A stretch of 64,000 nucleotides of DNA. Origin: Lingula anatina (Eukaryota > Animalia > Brachiopoda). Every line of letters starts with the position of its first letter. The stretch's first letter is position 1. Under the pieces are notes generated by a model that saw nothing but the letters and a program-made list of their open reading frames with translations, had not been told where the DNA came from and did no database searches. Of this stretch, positions 34,701 to 47,469 are shown one piece after another. Where the stretch lies: positions 26,974,848 through 27,038,847 of the forward strand of contig CM120643.1 of the NCBI GenBank assembly GCA_051362555.1, written 5' to 3'. The position numbers and the translations under genes are program-made.

Positions 34701-37700
34701 CAGGTGGATGGGAGTTAAAAATCACATCTAAAAAATGCCAGTGTTGGAGAAAAAATTAATAAGAAAACAACAAAGATATAATTCCAATGAAGCTGCTATT
34801 CACTGCTTCCTTATTATGGACACTATGTTATCTAGCAGAGAGCTTAACCTTTGGTAGTTTACAGGGAAATATCAACAAGTGTGCTTTATGAAATTTCATT
34901 TAATGGCCGCTTACTTAGGCAAAAAAAAAAAGAAAGACGAGTTCCAAATCCTCCTAACGAACAGATTCAGTGCACTAGAGCTAGAAGGTGAAAATGGAGT
35001 AGATGAAATGAACGATAGAATAACGACCACCATCCTAGAATGTGCATCAGAAGTCGCACCGGCCAGTAAAATGAAAGACTCGAAGCTCTCAACAGAAACG
35101 AGGATTCTCATGAAGAAAAGACGGATGATGAAGAAAACGGAGGTAAACAACAACAGGGACATCAGAAACAACATCGAATATGCAGAACTGGATAAGACCA
35201 TTAAGAAGAAGGCAAGGGAAGACATCAGGAAGCAGAACATGAAGAAGATAGCAGAGACCATCGAAAATGGAAAGAGCATGAAAAGAGCAAAGAGATCCTT
35301 TCAACTAGGGCAGGATATAATGCTGACTCTTCTAGACAAAGATGGAAATGAGCTCACCACACAAGACCAAATATTAGAACGAGTAGAAGAATTCTATGGA
35401 GAGTTGTATGACAGCAACAAGGGAATAGAAATCTCAACAAAGGCATTCGATCTACCAGACATAACAGCTTGGGAAGTAGAGTCAGCAGTCCAGAAAATGA
35501 AGAATGGAAAGGCAGCAGGAAATGACAACATCAAAGCAGAAATGGTAAAAGCAGGAGGAGATATCCTACCTCAGGAATTAGCCAGGCTCTTCACAAAGTG
35601 CTTACATCTGAAGGAAATTCCTGTAGCATGGAGGAACGCCAATATGATCATAATGTTCAAAAAGGGCAATAGGAAAGACATCAAGAATTACAGACCCATC
35701 TGCCTACTTTCTAATTTGTACAAGATTTACACCAAAATATTGATCGAAAGGCTAACAAGACAACTAGATGAAGCGCAGCCAAAGGAACAAGCAGGTTTCA
35801 GAGGCCAGTACACCACTACTGATCATATGCACACTGTCAACCAGCTCAAAGAGAAATGTCTCGAGTATAACATTCCACTATGTGTAGCATTCGTTGATTA
35901 TGAAAAAGCCTTCGACTCAGTAGAAACCCAGTATATACTGGCATCCCTGCAAGATCTAGGGATCGAAGATGGATACGTAGACGTCCTCAGAGACATATAC
36001 ACCAATAGCTCTGTAACAGTCAAACTACACAAGACCACCAATAAGATCAGGATCAAGAAAGGTGTACGCCAAGGAGATACAATCTCTCCTAAACTGTTCA
36101 CAGCAGCATTGGAACGTATATTCAGGGATCTAGACTGGCAAGACAAGGGCATAAGCATAGACGGTACCAGGCTCAATCACCTTAGGTTTGTAGACGACAT
36201 CATAATAGTAGCAGATGATGCAAAAGACCTAGAAGAAATGCTACAGGCGTTAGCAAATGAAAGCGCAAAAAGTGGGCTAAAGATGAACACCAGCAAGACA
36301 AAGGTGATGTTTGGACCACTAACCACCCCTTGCACAGTGAAAGTCACCACCAAAGAGATAGAAGCAGTGGAAGAGTATATATACCTTGGGCAACGGTTCA
36401 GCCTTAGTGATCGAACACTGGAGAAAGAAATCCAACGAAGGATAAAAGCAGGATGGGCAGCATATGGGAAGCACAATGACATCTTCAAGAGCAACCGTCC
36501 TACCTGCCTGAAAAAGAAAGTGTTCAATGCTTGTGTGCTGCCGGCAATCAACTATGGTTCAGAGACCTGGGCACTGAATGCCTCCATGGAACAGAAGCTA
36601 CAAGTAGCTCAGAGAAAGATGGAAAGAATTATGTTGAACATCAATCCAAGAGAGCGGAAAACAAATGTATGGTTACGTGAACAGACCAAAGTCAAGGACG
36701 TACTACTCACAGTTAAAGAAATGAAATGGAGGTGGGCAGGACATGTCAAAAGAATGAAGGACAATAGGTGGACAATCAGGCTTACAGAATGGACCCCAAG
36801 GTATGGACAAAGAAACAGGAAGGCCGGTCAAACGATGGAGGGATGAATTAGATGACTACTGGAAGTCTTGGAAGAAGAAACCTTGGCCAAACTGGAAATC
36901 TGAGGCTCAGGATAGGAAACAATGGAAAAAACATGCTGAGGCCTTTGTCCAACAGTGGAACATTATAGGCTCTAAATGATGAATGATGAATTAGGCAAAT
37001 GAGTTTATAGCACTGAAATTAGCCTAGTGAATACCCAAGGGGAATTTACAGACTGACCACACAAATTTGTCTATCAAAGGTCTTCAGGCCCATAAGTCAC
37101 ACCTTAAGAAAGCAGAAAACAATAATGTACAAAATAAAACAGGAGACTGCCAATTCTGATGCAATAATGCATTATGTTTTACTGCACAATCAACATCAAA
37201 TTTTAATTATGCACAACGTACAGGTAACACTGATGAAAGTAAAAGCATAAGGCTCCAGGCCCATCAGAGTTCAAGTTTACAATTAGAAAGTGCCAGAGTG
37301 AGAAAAATGAAAATTTCACAAAAAATTCATAGATTTAATAAAAATGATAATCCAATAGAGCTGGTTCTCTAATATGAGCTGTATGTCAATCCTAAGAATA
37401 ATTTTTGTAAGAATAGTTAAAAAAATAGAAAGTAACACTTTACTTTACATAATATTAATGGTGACAGAGCACAAAGTAGGTTTTTTGTCATTTTGATGCA
37501 ACATTACGTAATGATTAACTAATTAAATACCACCAATTTTAAAATATCTACTATAAAAAACATGGACATTAAGAAAATTTGATTACCACTGGGCTTCATG
37601 CCCAAGGGAGCTCTAAGTCCCACATTGAAAATTGCAACCTGTGAAAGATAAAAATTTTCACAAAAAAACTTTATTACTTCCAAAACAATTAACTAATGAG

Positions 37701-40700
37701 ACAATTTTTCAACTGAAGCTGTATTTCAGTCATATGTTTCTTTCCTGTAAGTGTGAGAAGAGCAAGTGACATGGTTTTCCTTTCACCGCCATTAGGGAGG
37801 CAGTGCCCAGAATAGGGTTTTGTTCAATTTTGATGCAATATTACACAATGCTTAACAGCATAATAACCATATTTTTTTTAATAATAAAATAAAAGTATCA
37901 TGGATATTCAGAAAATGTGACTAGCCTATAGAGTTCAGAGTCATACTTTGAAAATCCCAAAATGTAAACAAGAGAAAACTGTATTGAAATAGTTTATTTC
38001 CATTTTCAACACCTTTTTTACATGAAGCAAAATAATCAATTTACTGTCATTTTTATATGATCAATCAAAAATATGTTGTCAAAGCAAAAATATCAATAGA
38101 ACAATTATAAATGTCCAACTTGCTCCATTCTGAAATTCTGAACATAGTGAATGGTTGAATCTGACAAACTGTAAAGATATGTGTTTTTTTTTTCATTTTT
38201 GACACTTATTAAACAATACACAATATCAGGTTTACCATCATTTTTTTTAATCAACTAACAATGTTGTTAAGATGCAGAAAATGTCAAAAGAACAACTTAA
38301 CATATCTAATTAGTTCAAAAATGAGACTGTTAGCATGCCTGAGAATTAAATTTGAGGAAAAAAACAATTATATACAAAAAAAGGCATAACTTCACCAAAC
38401 CTTTACTGATCAAGCTTATTTTCAAAACTTAATGTGTATTTCAGTAACACTGATCACTACTGTGAATTTCAAGACAATTGGCCAATCGCTTTTCCTTAAA
38501 ATGTGTTATAGGTGTTGCATATATGCTGAAAAAAAGTGAAAAAACAGAAAACTTTTATAAAAATGCTCTGATCATGCCAATTTTCGAACTTGACTTGCGT
38601 ATTACCGTACTAGGATTAAGAATGTGTACATTTACCCCGTGGACCATTTGAAGATTACACTGCGATTAATGCGGTGGAAAATACAATAGAGAGAGTGTAT
38701 AATGATAGGGTCGCTAAACGATTGTTGACGGCATATAGTAACTAGCCTAATCCCCTGGTCGCCTGTGTAGCCACGCCCCCTTAGAGTACTTATGTAAACA
38801 AACGGTCTCCCGTAGCGAACTATCCTTTTGTCCAACAGCTTCGCGCGTGCAGCTGATTATGTATGTACATGTAGTGGCACTATAGCTAACTGCATATAAA
38901 TTTGTGCTAGCTGTTATTTGATTCATTCTGCTGTGTCGGATGTTGTGGATCAGCCCACTGGTTCGTTGACTTATGTTTTTCTGAAGATTGGTGGTGCAGA
39001 TTTTGAGTTTTTTTATTATTTACCCTCCTTCCAACAAGAGAAAGGGGAAGGGAGATAAAAAAAGAGAGTGTCAAATGAAACGGGTAATGAGTAATACATT
39101 ACATTAAATAAAGGGACTCGCGGTGGAAGAAACGATAGACTGTTTTGCATCAAGGTATGCCATTATAATCCGACATGGCCCATAACATGATCCATAACAT
39201 GACTCATTGTTGTATGCCTTATATTTGTGCCGACTTATATTTTAATCTCGTTCATTTCGTGAAACTATTTTCTTGAATAAAGTTTTGCCTGTATAAATTA
39301 ACTTAGTGACATGAAGTAATTAATAAAACGCACCTGTTGAAAAGGGGGCTTTTCGTAACTAATAAAGGTTCACTATTCAGAAAAATATCGTCGCCGTTCG
39401 TCGCCGCTACCTTCAGGAAAGCGTACCCTCCGCGTGGATCACCGGCATTTTTGATTATCTGACAAATTAGGGCAATTTACGTTTTAGCTAATAATTCTGA
39501 ATTTACTAATATTTTGGACTAAATTCGATGTCAGATTCATAGCAATGACGGAGAGCCGCCAGAGTAACTGTTTAATTTTCTAAACTAATCAAACTTGTAC
39601 GCGTGGCGATAAAATGTGTCGCTAGATCTTGTAAACACTCAGCGAAATGCACCTAGTGACTATATTCAATGTGCCGTCACTTAATTGCTTTCTCGATTTC
39701 ATTAATTGACGATAGTAATTGCAGATAACAAGGAAGAGGAAATGCTGAAGACAAAACAACGTCTGGTCTTTGTGTGACTTTCTCCCTAAACACTTTTTGT
39801 GTTGCTGTCAAAGAAAAAGGAGTCTAGCGATTATTTAAACCACTGCTGCTGCTTTTGCAGGTAGACTTCCTCGTTTATCATTTAAATGCTCCCCTCCCCC
39901 AGCAGACCCAACTTGATGCATGTACGTCTTGGTAGCTATAGTACAGATCTTGGTTCAAGTGATGAAAGGTTTAAGCACAAAACGATAATTTGAGGCTATT
40001 TTTTCATTCATGACAAAATAAAGTATCTATGGTGTGTGACAATAGGGACTTTACAAAGCTTAATTTGTCCTTAATTATATATTCCATTAGCATAGGCGAG
40101 CGACGTAATTGTAACCTCAACTTGAGGTATCCTCGATGAAAGCGGAGTACAAAAATTAACTTTTTTAAATATCGATTACAACATGCTGTACAATGATATT
40201 GAGACTAAAGGGTTTAATGGACTTCTTTGCCTTAAAAGCAATTCATTTCAAAATTAAAAGAAACAGTTTTTTCGGGGAGCGCGGGTAGACAGTTTACGTC
40301 AGGTGATTCGTTAAAGTCGAGGAGTGTTTCACTATCAAATGTGTAAATCATATATGTCATAAAACACTATAAGAAAGTTTTTTGTTACGATCTGCAACAT
40401 TTGTTCATTTATATAGCAGGGCGAAGTTAAAGCCAGAGGTAAATAGAACCTAATACCGTAATCCTCCTCGTCCATTTATTTAAATTGTATCAAAACGTTT
40501 GATACACAATGTTCATTAAATTCATAATTTTGGCGATTTATTAAAACCATATTGGTACATAAAAGTTTAAGATTAGCATAAGTTAAGCAACAACCAGTAT
40601 GAAGATCAACACCCTTTTTAAATGAGGCAAGACACCCTCTTCACACTGATTATAACCTTGAGAAAGACATTATGCAACTTAAGGCAAAGGAGTTATGCAA

Positions 40701-43700
40701 AGTTCTTTCAACTCGTGTGTGAATACAACATATTCTTTGTCCTTTTTCAAGACAATGGAGGCGAGCAAGTAGAGTAATTACAATATACAATAAAAAGGAC
40801 ATTAGTATAGAAAGCTTACTTCGGGTCAGCCCTTTGCTTGTTCGAATGAAAGAGATAGATATCGCGCCGCGACTCCCTTTATTAAACCTTCGTGTGTTTG
40901 TGTAAAAGTGTGAAAGACAGGCAACGGTCTTTAGTCGCTGTTGTTATTGTTCGCGATTAATATTGAAGTATAACTCCTTCACCTGCATGTAAACGTGTTA
41001 CTTTTCCTCATGTTCTCTATATTTCTTTTAGGTGGTTGAGACAATGGGATGAGATCGATAAAAGTAAAGGTTAATCTAAACAATTAGATGCGATTTTTGT
41101 GAAATGACTTATTAAGTGATGTGCATGTACCTAGCATGTTTAAATTCTTGAATTTCTAATTTGTTAAATCTTTCATACACGGCCTCATATATGTATTACT
41201 CTCAGGCCTTCAATATTATTGTGTTACACGGGACTCCTGGAAACCTGAAGCACAGGTCTACGGAGTCTTGTTATCCTTCATGCAGTTTTATGGCTGGGAT
41301 GAACACTGCAAAGTAGAAACAGGCTTTACTTAGCTTTACTTGATGCACAACAGTTTAAACAAAACCAGTCTGCAAGGCTTGCTTTGATTTGGCGTTAACA
41401 TTACACTGGTTTTAAAAGAACAAATATAAATATGTTCGATGGATTAAATGCCGGCTTCGTTATATTTTAACTAAATGCATTCATTTGCACAGTTACACAG
41501 ATAATATTTTTAAGTTGTCTGTCGTTCAGCACGCATTATAGGCGAGTAGCTAAATAGTGACGGTGATCAATCCAAGCTCAATCTTGGCAAGTATCGTTTA
41601 CAAAATAGATCATGTTGAATAAACTTAATTACGCTTCAATAAATAATCAACACACGGTTCGGTTATTGTCACTTGAAAGCTTTCGATCAAAGACGTTCAA
41701 TGAAATCACAAATCATTTGACGATTAAAAAATGGACATGTTCAAGGGGCAGTTTTTGTTTCAGCTAAAGGGACTTCAGGTTCGGGTAGAGGGTTCAGTTA
41801 CGTGTTTCATCGGAGTTGAGTTGAATCATCGAGTTGAATAGAAGCTTTTTATCCAAACATCCTATTCCTAACTACTGAGTTAGGACAAAGGTCTAGTAAC
41901 ATGCACTGTGCAATTACTATTAATGGATCAGATGCATACTTGATTGTTTTTCCTCTGGTGTCGCACGTATGCATCCTTTCTTGAGTGATGTAAAACAAGT
42001 CGCTTGTGTACCATGTTTCTTACTGTAGCAAAATATGTTCGACATGGTGTTTCTGAACGGCAGCCGGAGACACATTAATTGTATAGGCATGCTTTAAGCT
42101 TGTTCGAGAGATAATTACAGTCGGGTTTAACAATAGATAGCGAGCTATAGTAAGACCCCCTCCTCTTTAACTGATGATTTACACTTTTAATTGACCGTAC
42201 TTTCGTATATTGTATGATCATACAGCCAGACTTCCCCCTGTTGCACGTTGTAGTTGGATTGTCATTGCGCCTATGTCAATGCACCTCATTTAATTTCAAT
42301 ATTATAATATAAGCATACTATAAGTAATATGTTATTTCCTTATTCCTCTTTCATTATCATTAATGTTTTATAAATACTTGAACGCTTGAATGCAGATATT
42401 TCAAATTAAAACGTAAGTACATAAATAAATTATACATTTATAAATTAATGCAATAGGAATTTTTTGAGACAGATTGATGCTGACGCTCATGCAATTCAAC
42501 CAAACAAACAATAATTAGTTCAATTTTTGACTGCGGAAATTTCATATAGGATGAAATAACTGATAACAAATTTAACTAGCAGTTTGTTAGCAACAGTAAA
42601 AACCAGCTGCGCGTGCCAAACTAGTGAACTAAAGGACAGTTCGCTTCGCGTGGCACGCCTTAGCATGGGTTTAGCCTCTTCAAGCTATAATCCTATCGCC
42701 GCAACAAACAATAGGGACCTTCTGGCTGATGTATCCTGCTGTTAATTACACCTAGTTACAGCGGATTGTCACGCTCGCGCTGGGCCACAGAAACCGGCGT
42801 CATGGGGTTCACTCGTATTAAGTATTGTGTTATTCCACCTAAGCTATTGTGTTTGTGCGTTCGAATTTTGAAGGGATTTATACGGCCCTCCATTGTTTGT
42901 CCGCCCCCTTCTATTCACAAGATAGGGATTAAAACATTTCGAACGATGTAACACCGGTGTACAACGGAAACAAAATTATTCCGACCACTGTATAGATATT
43001 CATCAGTTCTGTAAGTTTCAAGCCAAAAAGTAAAGCGGTTTTTCAAATATTGTGTTATCGGTGTTGCCTAAATGCTGAAAAAAGTGAAAAAAACTGCATA
43101 ACTTCAATATAAATGGCCTGCTAGATCATGCTGATTTTCGAACTTGACCTGCGTATTAAGAATATTTATCAGTTCTGTAAGTTTCAAGCCAAAAGGTAAA
43201 ACGGTTTTTCAAATTTTGTGTTATTGGTGTTGCATAAATGTTGAAAAAAGTGAAAAAAATGCATTACTTCCATATTAATGGCCCGATCATGCTGATTTTC
43301 GAACTTGACCTGCTTATTATGAATATCCATCAGTTCTGTAAGTTTCAAGCCAAAAGAAAAAACGGTTTTCCACTTATCGTGTTATCGGTAAAAGTGCACG
43401 GCGACGGCGACGACGGCAACGACAGCGATGACGGCGACGGCGACGACAGACGCAGGTGATGGCTATATGTACAGACACATCTGTGTCTGTACATACAAAA
43501 AGAAGCGAACCTGTGCCTGGATTTTTCCTTCAAAACACATATTGATAAATTGTAAATATATGTACATTGAATACCCTTTTAGCCTGCTTTTCGTATGCAC
43601 CCCCTGCATATACCAATGGAAAACAGATATCATGCAAGTACATACCTTGGTTGTGAGGCTATGGGGTGCCGTTCCGGTCGCCGCCTGGCTGCGCACTTTG

Positions 43701-45204
43701 CCTTTCCACACAGAGCGCACGGTGTTAAAGAAGCTGGATTTCCCCGCCCCCACACTGCCCACCAGGAGAAGCCGTGCGGCGGGGACTTTGGCTGGGCTTG
43801 GAGTGGAGTAAGACACCAATTCATCAAAAATTTTGTCTTTAGTCTGAGAAAAAAGGTAAAAACAGTTAAACAGCTACACAGCCACCCCCAAATGTGCCTT
43901 TTTTCCAATGTTAAATTTCATAAAATTCATTTTTGTGGATGCTCCTGCTTGCTATAGATTCCTAAATCAAATTACAAATGTAAAGGTGGCGCCACGGTGG
44001 CAGAATGCAGAGCTCTCCGTGGTGCCATTTTTGGTCTATAAGAGTCAATAGTAGTAAGAATATTATAAAATTTGACAAATAATTGAGTGTGTCTCAAAAA
44101 AAAAAAAAAAAAAAAAAAAACTTAAATATTAATTCCTTCGGAATTTGATAAATAATTTTACAGTCTTATTAACACAAAAACAGTGGAGTATACTACAACA
44201 ATAAGTAAGAATGAAGGCTTGTTAAAGTCATAGCATTACTTATTCCATTTTTCATTGAGGCACGTCAAAGAGCTACATGTACCTTGTTACTCCAGTCATT
44301 AATGTCAGTTTTGCGCCACGGTTTATCTTTCTCATATAATTCATCTTCCAGATTTCCCTCTGTAAAATAATAACGATAATTAGAGAAAAATTTCCTGTAG
44401 AGACATATCTAATGTTGTACAAATATTTATTAGTTTGGCCGTAAAAAGGTACCATGTATATTTATATCATTTAATATTGATAGGAAGTCCAGGTATTAAT
44501 TGTCGCGTAATGTAAATAAAATGGCACATATAATAGATAATACTTTTTATACTTTACAAACACTCACTTAAAAACCTCGCAATTTTGTTTACTTTCTCTA
44601 ATATTTCACTCAGTAATGAGAAAAAAATCATTTAAAACTAGGAATGAAGTCATTGGCTATTATACAGTTGTCAGGAACAATGGCACTTACGTTTTACGGC
44701 GTACACTTCAATGTCGAGATAGGCTTTGTTGTTGCCATTAAATGTTTGGGCGTTGTAACCATTGGCATTATAACTGTTACCGATCTGACAGTAACCATTT
44801 GTGTTGAAATAAGCACCAGACTTATTGTATGAATTGTTAAAGAACAACAGATCGTTACCACCTCCAAACGTGGGGCCGTATGTAGCGTTGTCATAAACAT
44901 CATTCCCGTTCCCATTGCGAGCAAACTTTACCATGTTTGGTAAGAGCTGGAACAGAAATGCACGGTGATCATTTAAATAATTTCCTTGTGATGTCCACGC
45001 GATGGTTGTGTATCCCCCTATGACGTAACCAGCGCTGTTCTGACCAACAGAAACAGTCGGACCTTGGTTGTTGCACTTCGCATGGAAAGCCTGACCATTG
45101 CAGCCGTCTCTGGAGGCGCTGTACAGAAGGTCAAAGTTCAAGGCCGGGTCACCAATCCACGTACGGAGTTGTTTCTGGTACGCCTTGTTATCAAGTATCG
45201 GCAT
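31714..45204 (-). CDS. IFI44L-like: Interferon-induced protein 44-like (N-terminal TLDc domain plus P-loop GTPase-like domain), ~473 aa
   Basis: Exons 45204-44691, 44359-44283, 43843-43646, 33539-33399, 32975-32804, 32033-31714 splice in frame (1422 nt). TLDc motifs LLYSASRDG..FHAKCNNQGPT..IGGYT..AFLFQL..YGPTFGGGNDL..DIEVY; linker KPWR; RLLLVGSVGAGKSSFFNTV (Walker A), LCDTMGLE, DGHVP..FNP, IHCVALVIDG, VLTKVD, PVRNY..DILTLNALRQM. Confidence 0.92.
32230..32408. mobile_element. Near-perfect palindromic MITE, TA TSD
   Basis: CCCGCACGAAAATGCAGTAGTATCG...CGATACTACTGCATTTTCGTGCGGG, ~87-bp arms around a 5-nt loop, flanked by TA. Confidence 0.85.
32487..32689. mobile_element. Foldback MITE (~70-bp inverted arms)
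   Basis: CCTAAATTAATGGGTATGTTCAAGCAAACTATGCCAATTTTATTGATATA.. and its reverse complement ending ..ATTTAGG. Confidence 0.75.
33627..33902. mobile_element. Foldback MITE (~115-bp inverted arms)
   Basis: CAGGCCTACCCAACTACCAGACT..TTCGGAGTATCA and its reverse complement at 33790-33902. It explains the mirror ORFs 33604+ and 33734-. Confidence 0.8.
34924..36978 (+). CDS. Reverse transcriptase ORF of the RTE element (truncated, frameshift near 36818)
   Basis: ORF 34879-36846. The natural C-terminus GRPVKRWRDELDDYWK..AQDRKQWKKHAEAFVQQW continues in another frame to ~36978. Confidence 0.85.
34924..36990 (+). mobile_element. 5'-truncated RTE-clade non-LTR retrotransposon, antisense in IFI44-like intron 3
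   Basis: RT ORF with KAAGND, NYRPICLL, EQAGFR, FVDYEKAFDSV, GVRQGDTISP, LRFVDD, YLG, YGSETW, WAGHV. TSD TTAGGCAAA at 34915-34923 and 36991-36999. Short (ATGA/TGA) tail. No endonuclease domain. Confidence 0.93.
37140..38620 (+). repeat. Degenerate ~340-bp periodic repeat region, probably the body of a HINE-like element
   Basis: GATGCAA(T/C)A(A/T)T anchors at ~37159, 37495 and 37832. 38460-38600 matches the repeats at 42995-43400. Confidence 0.45.
42992..43500 (+). mobile_element. 3' end of a HINE/Helentron-like element (163-bp repeats, (GACGGC)n, terminal hairpin)
   Basis: ATCAGTTCTGTAAGTTTCAAGCCAAAA at ~43002, 43168 and 43329; GACGGC microsatellite at 43398-43450; hairpin TATGTACAGACACA-TC-TGTGTCTGTACATA at 43466-43495. 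Confidence 0.65.
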
Positions 45205-45444
45205 TGCGGCTAGTAGGCTGAAACAAACGTTATATTCTAATAGTTTATAAACAATAATAGGTACAGTATCAATGGTGGACCCAAGACCTTTCTGCGAAGG
45301 GGGGGGGGGGGTGTCGACGAGGCAATTTGACCACATTGCATGCGAGGCGCTTGAGAACGAATCGCTAGGTTCTGCCACGTTATACTCATCTTATTATGGT
45401 TTGGTTGGGGAGGGAAAAATATGAGAGAAGAGCTATCAGAAAAA

Positions 45445-45710
45445 CTAACACTGTGACCCCCTCTCCTACTGTGCTCCACTTTGTCCTTAGGCACCATGCC
45501 CTCCCTGCTGTGCTATCCTTACTGTGCCCCTCCCCCACTTCGTCCCCCTCCCCCCACTGTGTCCCCCTAGCCCCACTGCGTCCCCTTTTCCCCTCTGTGT
45601 CCCCTTAACCCCACTGTGTCCCCCTACCCCCACTGTGTCCTCCCCCCACTGTCTCCCCTAAGCCCACTCCGTCCCCCACTGTGCCCCCCTCTACCCCCAC
45701 TGCGTCCATC
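45445..45710. repeat. C-rich minisatellite (CCCCACTGTGTCCCC-like)
   Basis: About 12 degenerate copies; G-rich on the minus (transcribed) strand. Confidence 0.85.
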
Positions 45711-46116
45711 ATTGCTGTGTACACAATTTTTACTGCAAAGACAAGCAGAAAGCTGTGAATACAATGTACAAGTTTGTACTGGTACATGTATACAGTTTAT
45801 CATCTTTATCTAATGGATGTCTGTCCTACTTTACAATGCGACCTACAGTTTTATTACTCCGCTATCGTCGAGCACACTGTGTCCCCCACGACTATGATAA
45901 GAATTCGGGCCTCACACATACAGAAAGTTGACAAGATAGATTAGCAGCCTGTTCAGTAAATATACATGGCGATAAAGTAAATTTAATATAAGTGTAACAT
46001 TCACATTCATATATATCACATTTAAAATAGGTGCTTAAAATAGTTTGGATGCATGAGAAACTATATTGTACATATCCACACAAAATTTCTGCTGTTAACC
46101 CACTGTACTGACACTA

Positions 46117-47382
46117 GGGGAGGGTGGGGCTTGTCCGCACCATTTTCATAAAAATTCGCATGAGAGACATACTATTATCCCCAGGCTCCTAGACATTTGT
46201 CAGAAGGAAGGTTATTTAAATGCCTTTCTTATGGATAAGTATCAGGCGTCCACTGTAAATTATATGAGAGTAAATTAAGTTTTAAAAAGTCTAGTCCAAG
46301 TGTGCGAACTTGCCCCACCCCGGGGCAAGTCCACACACATACTAGAATCCATAAGAAATGTTTGTCCAACATTGTGCATTTTAATCAGTAAGATCGAGTA
46401 ACAGCAGCAACTTAAGCAGTCACTCTTTAACGATTCCTCAGTATTGTTTGCCTATGGTAACTTTTCAAAAATATAACTAATGTTAAAGACGACAGCACCA
46501 ATGAAAACACAGCAGTTTTGACCAAAATATCAAAATGTTTATTAAAATTATCAACAACAAATCAATTATCAACAATAAATCATCTACATTCTCTTGGCCA
46601 GTTTTTCTATATCTGTCAGTTAATTTGAAGGGGGGGGGGGTCTGAGGATGCAAAGCTCCCCCCCCCTCCCCCTCCCCCCAACCCAACCCACACTTGGCGT
46701 AGAGTGGGGCCCGAAAATCTTTAGTTCTTAAGAGGGCGAACGGTGCCATTTGGTACGGTTTAGAACTATGATTCAGCTAGTTAGAATACTAATTTCAAGA
46801 GGGGACCAGAAATCGAAAGACCCCCCTGACCCACCCCCTCTAAATCTGCCATTGTAATATCACCATGCGAATACTCTAAGAGTACCTGTTTAAAAATAGA
46901 ACATTAAAAAACGTCAACTTTCATCAGAAAATATGTTTAACAAGAGGTTTTATGTAATGAGGCATATCCGCCCTGGAGTGAACTAGCCCAGTGCAAAAGT
47001 AGCGGACTTGCCCCAATAGGACTGTTTTTGTTAAACACGTGATTGCATAATATTTGCAATACGTATGCAAACCAATAATATGTCGCAGATAAGGCCATAC
47101 CCCCTGTATAACATACATATTAAATGACTTACTGCAAATATATACTCTGTCGACAAAATTAGACAATAAATAGAGTCTGAACAATTTACTTACCATGTAA
47201 TAAAACGAGTTTTGACTGACGAGGAAGACTACGTGGTTTTACAGGCCGCGAGTTTTACTTTAACGCGCTTCCACATACAATGTGACTTCTCAAATTGGCG
47301 GAGGGTGTGATTCATCGTTTCACTTTTTAGGTATGGGGGGTGTGCGGAACTGCCCCGAGGGCGGACTAGCCCCACCCTCCCC
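46117..47382. mobile_element. Non-autonomous TIR element with TA TSD (Tc1/mariner/pogo-like)
   Basis: TIRs GGGGAGGGTGGGGCT(T/A)GTCCGC, TA on both sides, internal subterminal GCGGACTTGCCCC-like copies at ~46303, 47001 and 47344. Confidence 0.8.
46626..46853 (-). repeat. Dispersed repeat fragment (hAT-like terminus), second copy at ~48900-49173
   Basis: Shared CGGTG(C/T)CATTTGG(T/A)ACGGTT..TTCAGCTAGTT..TAATTTCAAGAGGGGA..TAAATCTGCCA(T/C)TG. Confidence 0.6.
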
Positions 47383-47469
47383 TACTTGATATCGAGGATT
47401 GAGTTTCAAGCTCTACTGCCATTAAATCAAACCCAATCGATCATTTAACAAAACTGGTCATTAAATTGT

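Noticed and set aside
34879-34923. N-terminus MCFMKFHLMAAYLGKKKKK of the 655-aa ORF
   Set aside because: Flanking DNA plus TSD read in frame by chance; the element is 5'-truncated.
40600-40740. RHPLH..YNL peptide resembling a CR1/L2 LINE 3' end
   Set aside because: Too short and degenerate to support without a search.
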